A DNA stretch of 21,049 nucleotides from Bugula neritina (lineage: Eukaryota > Animalia > Bryozoa). Position 1 is the first letter of the stretch; each line of letters starts with the position of its first letter. The stretch is from the NCBI GenBank assembly GCA_964035545.1, contig CAXIUT010000203.1:1-21049 (forward strand), read 5' to 3'. Under the pieces are notes generated by a model. The model was not told where the DNA came from. It worked only from the letters and a program-made list of their open reading frames with translations, and ran no database searches. Of this stretch, positions 1 to 8,156 are shown one piece after another. Made by a program: the position numbers and the translations under genes.

Positions 1-1
1 T

Positions 2-364
2 GATTATCAATCATATCTCCAAGGCGAGGTACTAGTTGTACTCAAAGGCCCGGGGAGAGGGCAATTCCGCCCATTTTCTTACGGCCAGTCAAGTATTGGA
101 CGAGGTGAAGATCAACGTATACAAGTCAATTTTGGGGATGAGCACATATCAAGAAGCACGCACGCCACAATCATTTATGATGAGAAAACCCGCAGATATT
201 TTATTGCTCAAAGCGGCAAAGCTAATTTAGTTCGCCTCAATGGCTCTGTGTTAATCGAATCCCAACCATTAAAGGCAAGAGATAAAATTAGTATCGGCCA
301 GACGACCTTCCAGTTCGTACCTTTTTGCGGGCCGGATTTTGACTGGTCGGATAAATCGCTATGA
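2..364 (+). CDS. FHA-domain protein, 3' part (5' end outside window)
   Basis: Not in ORF track. My frame-2 translation is open from the window start: ...VLVVLKGPGRGQFRPFSYGQSSIGRGEDQRIQVNFGDEHISRSTHATIIYD...KANLVRLNGSVL...ISIGQTTFQFVPFCGPDFDW...*. It has the FHA motifs IGR, SRxxHA and N..NG. Stop TGA 362-364 overlaps the next ATG (ATGA). Confidence 0.9.
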   Translation, partial: DYQSYLQGEVLVVLKGPGRGQFRPFSYGQSSIGRGEDQRIQVNFGDEHISRSTHATIIYDEKTRRYFIAQSGKANLVRLNGSVLIESQPLKARDKISIGQTTFQFVPFCGPDFDWSDKSL

Positions 365-477
365 GTGGCTCATTGCAACTATCCAGTGATGAGACTATCG
401 GTGATCGTAAGGTTCAGCAAGACCGATTATTAATTGAAAGTATTACTGTTTCCGGTATTCCAGCAAAGTTAATTGTT
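361..477 (+). pseudogene. PP2C/PPM Ser/Thr phosphatase, N-terminal fragment (interrupted by mobile element)
   Basis: MSGSLQLSSDETIGDRKVQQDRLLIESITVSGIPAKLIV contains PP2C motif 1 (GxRxxQQD). It joins in frame to VADG at 2880. Confidence 0.85.
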
Positions 478-561
478 GGACGAAGCCGCTACGCGGAGAA
501 CAGCACAGCGCGTCTGATCATCTAGAATGTAACCTCACCCCTCCCGCAGGAGGGACATTCC

Positions 562-1495
562 ATGACGAATATGAGGTTACTCCCCATGAAACCATCTCCC
601 CATGAAAAATTCAACCAGGATTACCACTCTCACCTTAAACACCTAAAACTGAAAGGGCTGCAACCGAAGACGATTGATGCTTATTCGCGTGCGATTCGGT
701 GTTATTTGGCGAGTATTTTTCTTATCAGATTGACGCACTTTCTGAGCAGCAGCTAACCGATTATTTTTATCAGCGGCTTGAGACCCATTCCTGGAGTTCG
801 GTTAACCTGGATTTATACGGGTTAAAATTCTATTACCGCCACGTTTTACGAATTCCCTGGACGCATATTGACCTGATCAAGCCACCTACAGTCAAACGCC
901 TGCCGGATATTGTCACGGTTGAAGAAGCCAACCGGTTATTTCAAGCGACGCACCAACTCAGCTACAAGGTGTTCTATTTTGCGTTGTATAGCCTGGGCTT
1001 GAGGCTGGGCGAGGGGTTACGGCTAGAGGTTGGCGACATTGATGCTGCCCGCCAGCGTGTGCATATCCGCAACAGCAAAGGCAATAAGGATCGTCTGGTG
1101 CCTTTGCCCGACACGACACTCGTCGTTCTCCGGCGCTTTTGGTCAGTTCACCGCCATCCGCACCTCTTGTTCCCGAATCGTAAGGGCGGTGTGAAGCAGG
1201 CTTATAACGCCAGCACGCCACTGGATCGGGGTGGTGTGCAGAAAGCCCTTCGTCAAGTGGTGGCTGACTGTGGGATAAAAAAAAGATTACGCCGCACAGC
1301 CTGCGGCATAGCTATGCTACCCACCTGATTGAAGCCGGGGTGGATTTGCTGGAAGTCCAGAAAATCCTCGGTCACCGCAGTATTTTAACCACCAGCGGCT
1401 ATACCCAGCTCACCTCACACACGACTGACAACGCTAGCACCCAGCTTAATTCTCTGATGCGCCGTTTCAGCATTGACTGGGGGACGGTGCGATGA
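562..1495 (+). CDS. Tyrosine recombinase/integrase with N-terminal SAM-like domain; read across frameshifts at ~700 and ~1283
   Basis: Pieces: 562-~700 ([17 protein letters not shown]), 699-1283 ([20 protein letters not shown]), and -1 frame 1283-1495 ([43 protein letters not shown]). The catalytic R-K-H-R-H-Y set is complete. Start may be ATG 586. The stop overlaps the transposase ATG. Confidence 0.9.
1277..1307 (+). promoter_or_regulatory. Putative programmed -1 frameshift signal in the integrase gene
   Basis: Slippery A_AAA_AAA (1277-1283, within an A8 run), a 7-nt spacer, then the hairpin GCCGCA-cagcc-TGCGGC (1291-1307). The -1 frame encodes HxxRH and the catalytic Tyr. Confidence 0.6.
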
Positions 1496-2579
1496 TCTTA
1501 CTGTCCTCGCTGGTTCAACAGTTCAAACAACCTCTCCTTGAGCAGTATCAGGATCAATTGCTGCCTTCCCACTATAACGCGCTGAATGCGCTGGAAAAAT
1601 GCCGTACTTCTGCCAGCCCCCTGATGAAGGCCTGCTGCGATGAGTGCCAACACCCGGCTTATCTACCGCATTCCTGTGGTCACCGCTTGTGCCCTCACTG
1701 CCAACAGCATGAAAGCCAACAATGGCTGGAACGCCAGCCAGCTACAGAAACAAGTACCTGCCGATTATTTTCTAATCACGTTTACCCTGCCTGCTGAATT
1801 ACGCAGCTTGTGCTGGCACCAGCAACGCACCGTCTATCCGTTGTTATTTGAATGCGCCTGGGCGACGTTATCCGACTTCAGCCAGAATGATAAGGTCTTA
1901 AAAGGCAGGCCCGGTGCCATTGCTGTCCTGCACACTCATTCACGCCGCCTGGATTACCATCCTCATGTTCACATCGTCATGCCCGCCGCAGCGATTGATC
2001 AAACGCAGCGCTTATGGCGGGAGAAAAGCGGCCAATTCCTGTTCAGCCACAAAGCCCTGGCCAAGGTGTTTCGGGGCAAAATGCTGGCCGCAATCACGCG
2101 GGAAAATCTGTGTTTACCCGCCGGTTATCCCAAACAATGGGTGGTGGATTGCCAATGGGTCGGTCAGGGTGATAAAGCCCTGTTGTATCTGGGGCGCTAT
2201 TTATACCGGGGCGTGATTCAGGAAAAAAGACATTCTCCGCTGTGAAAACGGCCAGGTCACTTTCCGCTATCGGAACAGTAAAACCCGGCAGGATGAAATC
2301 CGAACGCTACCGGGCGCTGAGTTTCTGTTCCTGCTGCTGCGGCATGTCCTCCCGAAGGGATTCAGACGGGCGCGTAACTATGGATTCCTACACCCCAATA
2401 GTAAACGCCTGCTCGCCATCCTCCAGCGTGTACTCGGCTTTGATTCGCAAGCGATACTGGCAAAGCTGAAAAAACGTCCGCCGATACGTTGCCCGTGTTG
2501 TGGCGGGCAAATGCGTATTGTGAAAACACAGATTCCGGCCAATTCATTCAGCAACGACTGTCAGGTCGCTCTGGAATAA
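1492..2579 (+). pseudogene. IS91-family (Y2 HUH) rolling-circle transposase with N-terminal zinc-binding domain; two frameshifts
   Basis: Zn domain CRT..CDEC..HSCGHRLCPHCQ, then ITFTLP, HUH motif HPHVH, Y2 motif YLGRY, and C-terminal HVLPKGFRRARNYGFL and CPCCGG in a third frame (2229-2579). The shifts are at a duplicated CCAG (~1734-1741) and an A6 run (2223-2228). Confidence 0.88.
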
Positions 2580-2828
2580 GGCAAGGAGAAATGACGGTTA
2601 TGTAGACGGTACTTGCCAGGCTAGCGAGGCAGACGGTGGCGAATGGGGTCAAGGGGCTGACTGGGCCGGAAACCGGGGAGTTGATGTCAAATTTAGACGA
2701 AGCACTGGCTGTACCACACAAACGTTGAAATAGGGCTTCTATAAACTAGACAGCATGTCCTGTCAGGGCTGAGCAGCAAAAAGCTATTTTCATAGCAAAA
2801 CCACTCACTGTGCCAAGAGAACGGGCTT

Positions 2829-2883
2829 GTCCAACAAACGGTTCATATCGCGGCTGGGCGCGATATAACCTTATTCGTTGTGG
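2829..2883 (+). other. attC-like recombination site (55 bp)
   Basis: R'' GTCCAAC (2829-2835), 5-nt spacer, L'' GTTCATAT (2841-2848), CGCG-gctggg-CGCG, L' ATATAAC (2863-2869), 7-nt spacer, R' GTT (2877). L'' pairs with L' leaving one extra C (bottom-strand extrahelical G). Confidence 0.8.
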
Positions 2884-3701
2884 CTGACGGTGTTGGAGGC
2901 CATCAAGCAGGCGAAGTTGCCAGTACAACGGCCTATAAATCATTTAGAGATAGTATGGTGATGTCTGCAAATGAGCCAATGCTTGAGTCCAGGCTGGAAG
3001 ATGCTACACGCGCTGCTAATTCTGCAATAAGACAAGCCATTGAAGATAATCCACGACTCAAGGGTATGGGAACCACAATTGTTGCTGCAGTCATTTGTGA
3101 AAGCAGAGTTTCATGGCTCAGTGTAGGCGATTCTTTATTGCTGGTCTTACGTAAGGGGTATAGTGAGACTAAACGTCTGAATGCAGATCATTCAATGGCG
3201 GCTGTACTGGATTCACAGGTTAAACAAGGAATCGTTAGTGCTGAAGAGGCGGCAACCTCACCTAATCGCAATACACTTACATCCGCTCTTGCAGGAAGCA
3301 AGATTAATAAAGCCGATCTTCGGATTGATGGTCATATGCTTGAACCTGGTGATACTTTAGTCGTTGCCAGTGATGGTATTTTGACATTAAAAAGTATAGA
3401 AGTCGCTGATATTGTTAATAGAGCCATCTTACATGGACATCAATCTGATAAATTGGCACAAAAACTTATCAAGGCTGTTGTTGATAAGAATATCAGCGGT
3501 CAAGACAACACAGCCATTGTTTGTGCCCACTATCCTGGGTACAAACAAAAAAATCTCCCAGTTAATAGGGGTGCAAATAAACTTCAACCTACAAGAAAAA
3601 AGTTTAGCCCTCTAATCTTACCGATTATTTTTATATGCCTCCTTGCGGGAATTTATTTTTCTTATAATTTTTACAAGAACTCGATATCTGAGAGCCTTTA
3701 A
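2880..3701 (+). CDS. PP2C/PPM Ser/Thr protein phosphatase, C-terminal part, with C-terminal transmembrane helix
   Basis: Motifs VADGVGGH, GMGTT, SVGDS, DHS, ASDG and GQDN, then hydrophobic PLILPIIFICLLAGIYFSY. Motif 1 is missing here and lies at 361-477. Confidence 0.93.
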   Translation: MADGVGGHQAGEVASTTAYKSFRDSMVMSANEPMLESRLEDATRAANSAIRQAIEDNPRLKGMGTTIVAAVICESRVSWLSVGDSLLLVLRKGYSETKRLNADHSMAAVLDSQVKQGIVSAEEAATSPNRNTLTSALAGSKINKADLRIDGHMLEPGDTLVVASDGILTLKSIEVADIVNRAILHGHQSDKLAQKLIKAVVDKNISGQDNTAIVCAHYPGYKQKNLPVNRGANKLQPTRKKFSPLILPIIFICLLAGIYFSYNFYKNSISESL

Positions 3702-3970
3702 TGCCACAACGAATATGCACCTATATGTCAATGACAGAAGATTCTATTGGTACGAGAATGGCTGGTTCAAAGAAAGAATCCTACTGTTATAGTCCAGAAG
3801 AGTTTAAGGAAAGAGCTGAAATCATGATAGCGGCGACTAATACTGAAATAGTTACTCTTAATAATAAATACAACGATTTGAGTATGAAATATAAGAATAT
3901 TGAGGGAAAATATCAAGCTATTCTTAATGGAAATAAAAAACCAACAGCAGAATCCGAAAAAAATCGATGA
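3701..3970 (+). CDS. Hypothetical protein with coiled-coil-like segment (possibly a frameshifted C-terminal tail of the PP2C)
   Basis: 89-aa ORF with TAATG overlap to the PP2C stop, filling the gap before the kinase. Heptad-like stretch IVTLNNKYNDLSMKYKNIEGKY. Confidence 0.55.
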   Translation: MPQRICTYMSMTEDSIGTRMAGSKKESYCYSPEEFKERAEIMIAATNTEIVTLNNKYNDLSMKYKNIEGKYQAILNGNKKPTAESEKNR

Positions 3971-4047
3971 AAAAAGATTCAGGTTATTTTTAAAGGTTTA
4001 AAAAATCATATGGATTTTAAAATAACTAGTAATAAAGGTGAGTTTTC

Positions 4048-6453
4048 ATGAATCAAAGCCCCGGGGCGCTTCCTATTGGAACCATCGTTGATAATTATAG
4101 AATTGATAGTATCCTTGGCCAAGGTGGTTTCGGTATTACTTACCTCGCGCATCATATAAATCTCAATAGCCGTGTCGCAATTAAAGAAAGTTTTATTAGC
4201 GCTTTATCCATTAGGAATACCAATAGAATAACAGTCCATCCAAATCCGGATGGAAAAGACGCTTTCGAGAAGGCTACAAATAGATTTCTTAATGAGGCCA
4301 AGAGGGTTTGCGAGTTAAAACACTCAAATATCATAAAAGTTAGTAATTTTTTTAGAGCCAATAATACCGCCTATATGGTGCTTGAGTATATTAACGGTAT
4401 TACACTAGAGGATTGGCTTAATAAGCTTGATCGCCCACCAACCAGACAAGAAATAAAAAATATTACTGTGCCATTACTTGATGCATTGGAGTACATGCAT
4501 AGCCAAAAAATGCTGCATCGTGATATTGCACCAGATAATATTATCATTCGACCTGATAATGACCCTTGCTTAATAGATTTTGGTTCTGCTCGTTATTTTA
4601 CTGCCAGAAACAGTCATTTGTTAACAGCTATAGCAAAACCAGGATATTCTCCTCCTGAACAATGGGTAAGCAAGAGTGGGGCACATGGGCCATGGTCTGA
4701 TATTTATGCTTTTGGCGCTACACTTTATCGCGTAATCACTGGTGAAAATCCATCTTGTGCAACTGTTCGTACAGTGAGCATTGGAGAAGAGGGGACTGAT
4801 AGTCTTCTTCCTGCAAGCAGTTCGGTTCCTCATGATATTTATCAACAACCTTTTCTTGATGCGATAGATAATGCCTTGATGTTGAGGCGTGCTGATCGTC
4901 CCCGGAGTATTGATGCATGGCGGAAACAGTTATTTACAGGGCATACAGAGAAGGAGGAGTCTAAGTGTCAAACTGAAAACACACAGTCTGATGAAGCAGC
5001 TCCAGATGAAAGCACTCTAACGGATACCCTGCCGCTAGGTACCATCGTGGATCGCTACAAGATTGAAAAGGTACTGGGCCGAGGTGGTTTTGGTATCACT
5101 TATTTAGCACGTCACATTGAGCTGGGTACTAAAGTGGCATTAAAAGAAAGTTACCCAACAGCTGTGTCTGGCCGTGATACCACTACCAGCAGGATTTACC
5201 CAATTCAAACAAAAGAATTTGAGAAAATAACAAAGTGGTTCAAAGGCGAAGCTGACACCTTAAGAAGATTCAATCATCCCAATATTGTTAAAGTCACTGA
5301 TTTTTTTCATGCTAATGATACAGCTTATATGGCAATGGAGTTTATTGAAGGCTGTACGTTTGAAGAGTGGCTAAATAAACTCAATCGACCACCAACACAG
5401 GAAGAATTGGATAAAATTACAGAGCCGCTATTGGATGCATTGGAACAAGTGCATAAAGAGATATTGCACCGTGATATTGCACCAGACAATATTATCATTC
5501 GACCTGATGGTACGCCTTGTCTGATTGACTTTGGTTCGGCTCGGTTTTTCACTGCGGGTCAATCTAACCTTCTCTCTGTAATCGTAAAGCAAGGTTATTC
5601 TCCTCCTGAACAAATTGTTAAATATAGTAAAGCCCATGGCCCATGGTCTGATATTTATTCTTTTGGAGCGACACTTTATCGTGCTGTAACTGGGAATGTT
5701 CCGTTGGGGGCACAGGATCGTTCTGATGAAGATGGGGATAGTCTTGTGCCTGCTGTTGAAGCGGCTCCTAAAGGTATGTATCGGCGTGAATTTTTGCAGG
5801 CTATTGATCAGTCTCTGAAGCTTGTGCGGACGAAGAGACCACAAACTGCAACAGAATGGGGGGGCGAGTTATTTAGGGTAAAAGAATTTGTGAGCCAATC
5901 TGTTCTACCTTCTGGTTTTCAGTTTTCGGCAGAGCAGCTATTCTGGGGGGCAGCTGGAATTTTTTCAGGGGTGTTGATTCATTTGACATCTACAAGCGCC
6001 TTGGCTTCTCTGGGAGTATCTTTATTATCAGTAATCTTTTTTATTAAATATTTTGCAAAGGAGAGTTGGTGGACAGCTTTAGCCTTGATTTTCAAATTAA
6101 TATTAATAACGTTGCCCTATAGTATTTTTTTTCTACCAATAACTGGCTCTGTTGAATTGGAAATATACAGCATTGATGACTGGGCGTTTTTTGCATCCTT
6201 ATATCCACTGTTATATTTTCCACTAATATTTTCGATGATAATTACCTTTTATAGAAAAAAGAAGGTGTTTAGCTTGAGCTTGTTAAAATTTTATGCAATA
6301 TCTTTTTCTGTTGCTGCATTATGGTATCTTATCTTAGGCCCTCTCCCTTCTTTTTTTGATGAAGTGGAAATAAATTTAAATGCTTTTTACCCTGCATCAG
6401 TCTTTTCTATCTTATGGGTATTTACAGTTATTTTCCTAAAAAAAAGAGGTTAA
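4048..6453 (+). CDS. Membrane-anchored Hanks-type Ser/Thr kinase with two tandem kinase domains
   Basis: Two copies each of LGxGGFG, VAxKE, HRDIAPDN, DFG, GYSPPEQ and WSDIY. About six hydrophobic segments at the C-terminus. AAAGGTGAG RBS-like sequence upstream. Confidence 0.95.
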   Translation: MNQSPGALPIGTIVDNYRIDSILGQGGFGITYLAHHINLNSRVAIKESFISALSIRNTNRITVHPNPDGKDAFEKATNRFLNEAKRVCELKHSNIIKVSNFFRANNTAYMVLEYINGITLEDWLNKLDRPPTRQEIKNITVPLLDALEYMHSQKMLHRDIAPDNIIIRPDNDPCLIDFGSARYFTARNSHLLTAIAKPGYSPPEQWVSKSGAHGPWSDIYAFGATLYRVITGENPSCATVRTVSIGEEGTDSLLPASSSVPHDIYQQPFLDAIDNALMLRRADRPRSIDAWRKQLFTGHTEKEESKCQTENTQSDEAAPDESTLTDTLPLGTIVDRYKIEKVLGRGGFGITYLARHIELGTKVALKESYPTAVSGRDTTTSRIYPIQTKEFEKITKWFKGEADTLRRFNHPNIVKVTDFFHANDTAYMAMEFIEGCTFEEWLNKLNRPPTQEELDKITEPLLDALEQVHKEILHRDIAPDNIIIRPDGTPCLIDFGSARFFTAGQSNLLSVIVKQGYSPPEQIVKYSKAHGPWSDIYSFGATLYRAVTGNVPLGAQDRSDEDGDSLVPAVEAAPKGMYRREFLQAIDQSLKLVRTKRPQTATEWGGELFRVKEFVSQSVLPSGFQFSAEQLFWGAAGIFSGVLIHLTSTSALASLGVSLLSVIFFIKYFAKESWWTALALIFKLILITLPYSIFFLPITGSVELEIYSIDDWAFFASLYPLLYFPLIFSMIITFYRKKKVFSLSLLKFYAISFSVAALWYLILGPLPSFFDEVEINLNAFYPASVFSILWVFTVIFLKKRG

Positions 6454-6459
6454 AGCTAT

Positions 6460-6573
6460 ATGGCCAAAGAAAGTATTCAATTTATTCTTTTCGATAAAAA
6501 TTCTGATGCGCAAAAAGTTATGACTCGGAGATTACCTCTAAAAATTGGTCGCCACCCTAAAGGAGAAAGTATA
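6460..6573 (+). pseudogene. 5' fragment of a probable second FHA-domain gene truncated by IS630
   Basis: ATG 6 nt after the kinase stop: MAKESIQFILFDKNSDAQKVMTRRLPLKIGRHPKGESI. LPLKIGR resembles the first FHA motif. The frame stops inside the IS end (TAG 6601-6603). Confidence 0.55.
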
Positions 6574-6606
6574 AGTACCGATGTAGAAGTTTTCAGAGAT
6601 TAGTGG

Positions 6607-6615
6607 TGGTATAAT
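6607..6615 (+). promoter_or_regulatory. Extended -10 promoter candidate for the IS630 transposase
   Basis: TGGTATAAT matches the TGnTATAAT consensus, 37 nt upstream of ATG 6653. Confidence 0.5.
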
Positions 6616-6652
6616 GATCGGCACTATTTTACCGACATTCTGACCCCAACTA

Positions 6653-7685
6653 ATGAAATTTGTCTCTCGTCTCAGTGCAGAAGTTAAGCTGACTTTGAGT
6701 GAAGCACAGCAGCATCACCCATCCTCCCGCACGCGTCAACGTGCTCATGCCATACAGCTCAGTAACAAAAGTTATACACTGTCACAATTAGCGGATGTGT
6801 TTAGTGTACGTAGCCATACCATCAGCCAGTGGATTGATGCCTGGGAAGCCTCGGGAGTGGTTGGCTTGTTTGACCTGCCGAGGAGTGGGCGACCGGCGAC
6901 TTTAACCGCTGATGAAGTCGAGCGTTTTCGGCATTATCTTGATAAGAATCCGCATCAGCCCAAGAGCGCTATCGCTCTGTTGGAAGCAGAGACGAATAAG
7001 ACTGCCAGTGATGACACCTACAAACGCTGTTTGAAAAAAATTTTACCGTTGGAAACGACTACGGACTTCCAGCAAGGAGCAACGTGACGAAGAGACCTTC
7101 CGTAAAGACCAACAGGTGATGATCTATCTACAAGAGAAGGAAGACGCGGGTGAGATTTGCTTGCGCTACTTTGATGAAGCTGGCTTTAGCCTCACCCCCA
7201 GCGTCCCTTATGGATGGCAAAAGGTGGGAGAAACTTGTCGTATCCCGTCTCAAAAGAGCAAACGTCAGAATGTACTCGGATTTATGGGCCGTCAGGGTGA
7301 GTGGTTTTATCAGGTTAAAGAAGGCTCAGTGACCACAGAGACTGTGATTGAAGCTTTCGATGCATTCTCGCAGAAATACTACGAAGAGGAGTTTTTGAAA
7401 ACGGGCAAGCTGTGTTTTGTGGCCATTGATAATGCATCCATGCATACCAGTGCTGCCTTCAGGGCACGAATGGAAGACTGGCTCTTGCGTGGTGTCATAC
7501 CACGTTACCTTCCGACCTATTCACCGGAATTGAATTTAATCGAAATTTTGTGGCGGAAGATAAAGTACGAATGGCTACCTTTGCAGGCATTCAGAGACAC
7601 TATCCACTTCAAATATTGGTTGAACAAAATTCTTGAATCGATAGGTGATGAATATCAAATTAATTTTGCTCAAACGGCAAAGTGA
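6653..7685 (+). CDS. IS630 transposase, split at an A7 tract (7034-7040) into an HTH ORF (6653-7087) and a DDE ORF (to 7685)
   Basis: N-terminal HTH and PRSGRP motif. The +1 frame continues KKFYRWKRLR..., with DDE motifs YFDEAGF, IDNASMH and YSPELNLIE. Confidence 0.9.
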
Positions 7686-7813
7686 GCATTATACGGCCAC
7701 GAAATTGCGAAAACTTTTGCGGAGGTACTTATCGCTTCAGCTTACCGCAAAAGCCCCGCTAAGTTCGGGTCAAGTTAATGAGGCGTTAGGCATTAAGGCA
7801 AAAAAAGACTTGA

Positions 7814-7822
7814 TGGTATAAT
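7814..7822 (+). promoter_or_regulatory. Extended -10 promoter candidate upstream of the decayed vapB
   Basis: TGGTATAAT consensus upstream of an AAGGGA RBS and ATG 7876. Confidence 0.4.
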
Positions 7823-7875
7823 GATCCCACACTAAATCATGCATAATTACCAAGAAATCTGCATAAGGGAAAATC

Positions 7876-8022
7876 ATGAGAACCACCTTAGACCTACCAG
7901 AAGACTTAATCATTAAAGCAGTCGAAGGCCTTGTCAGAAAATCTAAAATCGAAGGCACAAAAGACTTCAAAGGGAAAACTGACCTTGATATCGACTTGAA
8001 TTCTCTTAGAAAACGCACATGA
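7876..8022 (+). pseudogene. vapB: VapB-type antitoxin, 48 aa, probably internally deleted
   Basis: Not in ORF track: MRTTLDLPEDLIIKAVEGLVRKSKIEGTKDFKGKTDLDIDLNSLRKRT*. It has an RHH-type MRTTLDL start and a typical G..DLDIDL..LR tail, but the first helix seems missing. ATGA overlap with the next gene. Confidence 0.65.
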
Positions 8023-8156
8023 AAGTGCTGGTCGATTCATCCATATGGATTTCTTACTTCAGGTCAGGCCACAGAGAAGGCGCTCTTGGTTTTCTTATTG
8101 CGCTCAGGCAAAAAGTTGCGCCCCTGGAGTCTGAACACCATCACCCTAAACGTTAA
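8019..8156 (+). pseudogene. vapC: Truncated VapC (PIN) toxin
   Basis: MKVLVDSSIWISYFRSG is a classic PIN N-terminus. Similarity is lost after ~18 aa and the ORF stops at 45 aa. Confidence 0.7.

Larger units (their letters stand above)
476..2877 (+). mobile_element. Tyrosine recombinase + IS91-type (HUH/Y2) transposase element with attC-like right end, inserted at G^TT in the PP2C gene
   Basis: Removing 476-2877 gives aag tta att gtt gtg gct gac ggt (KLIVVADG), an in-frame PP2C. The left end reads G|TTGGAC (475-481) and the right end G|TTGTGG (2877-2883). The crossover could lie anywhere in the shared GTTG. Confidence 0.88.
6574..7729 (+). mobile_element. IS630-family insertion sequence
   Basis: Imperfect terminal IRs (AGTACCgatgtagaAGTTTTC vs reverse complement AGTACCtccgcaaaAGTTTTC), flanked by TA at 6572-6573 and 7730-7731. 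Two-ORF transposase inside. Confidence 0.9.

Noticed and set aside
36-230. 64-aa ORF in the track
   Set aside because: Out-of-frame shadow of the FHA gene in frame 2 (2-364).
2242-2469. 75-aa ORF after the Y2 transposase ORF
   Set aside because: Wrong frame. The transposase C-terminus is in the frame 2229-2579.
6607-7826. 13-nt repeat TGGTATAATGATC at 6607 and 7814
   Set aside because: Largely explained by two independent extended -10 motifs, and it does not coincide with element boundaries.
7770-8018. 82-aa minus-strand ORF
   Set aside because: Antisense to the recognisable vapB remnant, with no motif of its own.
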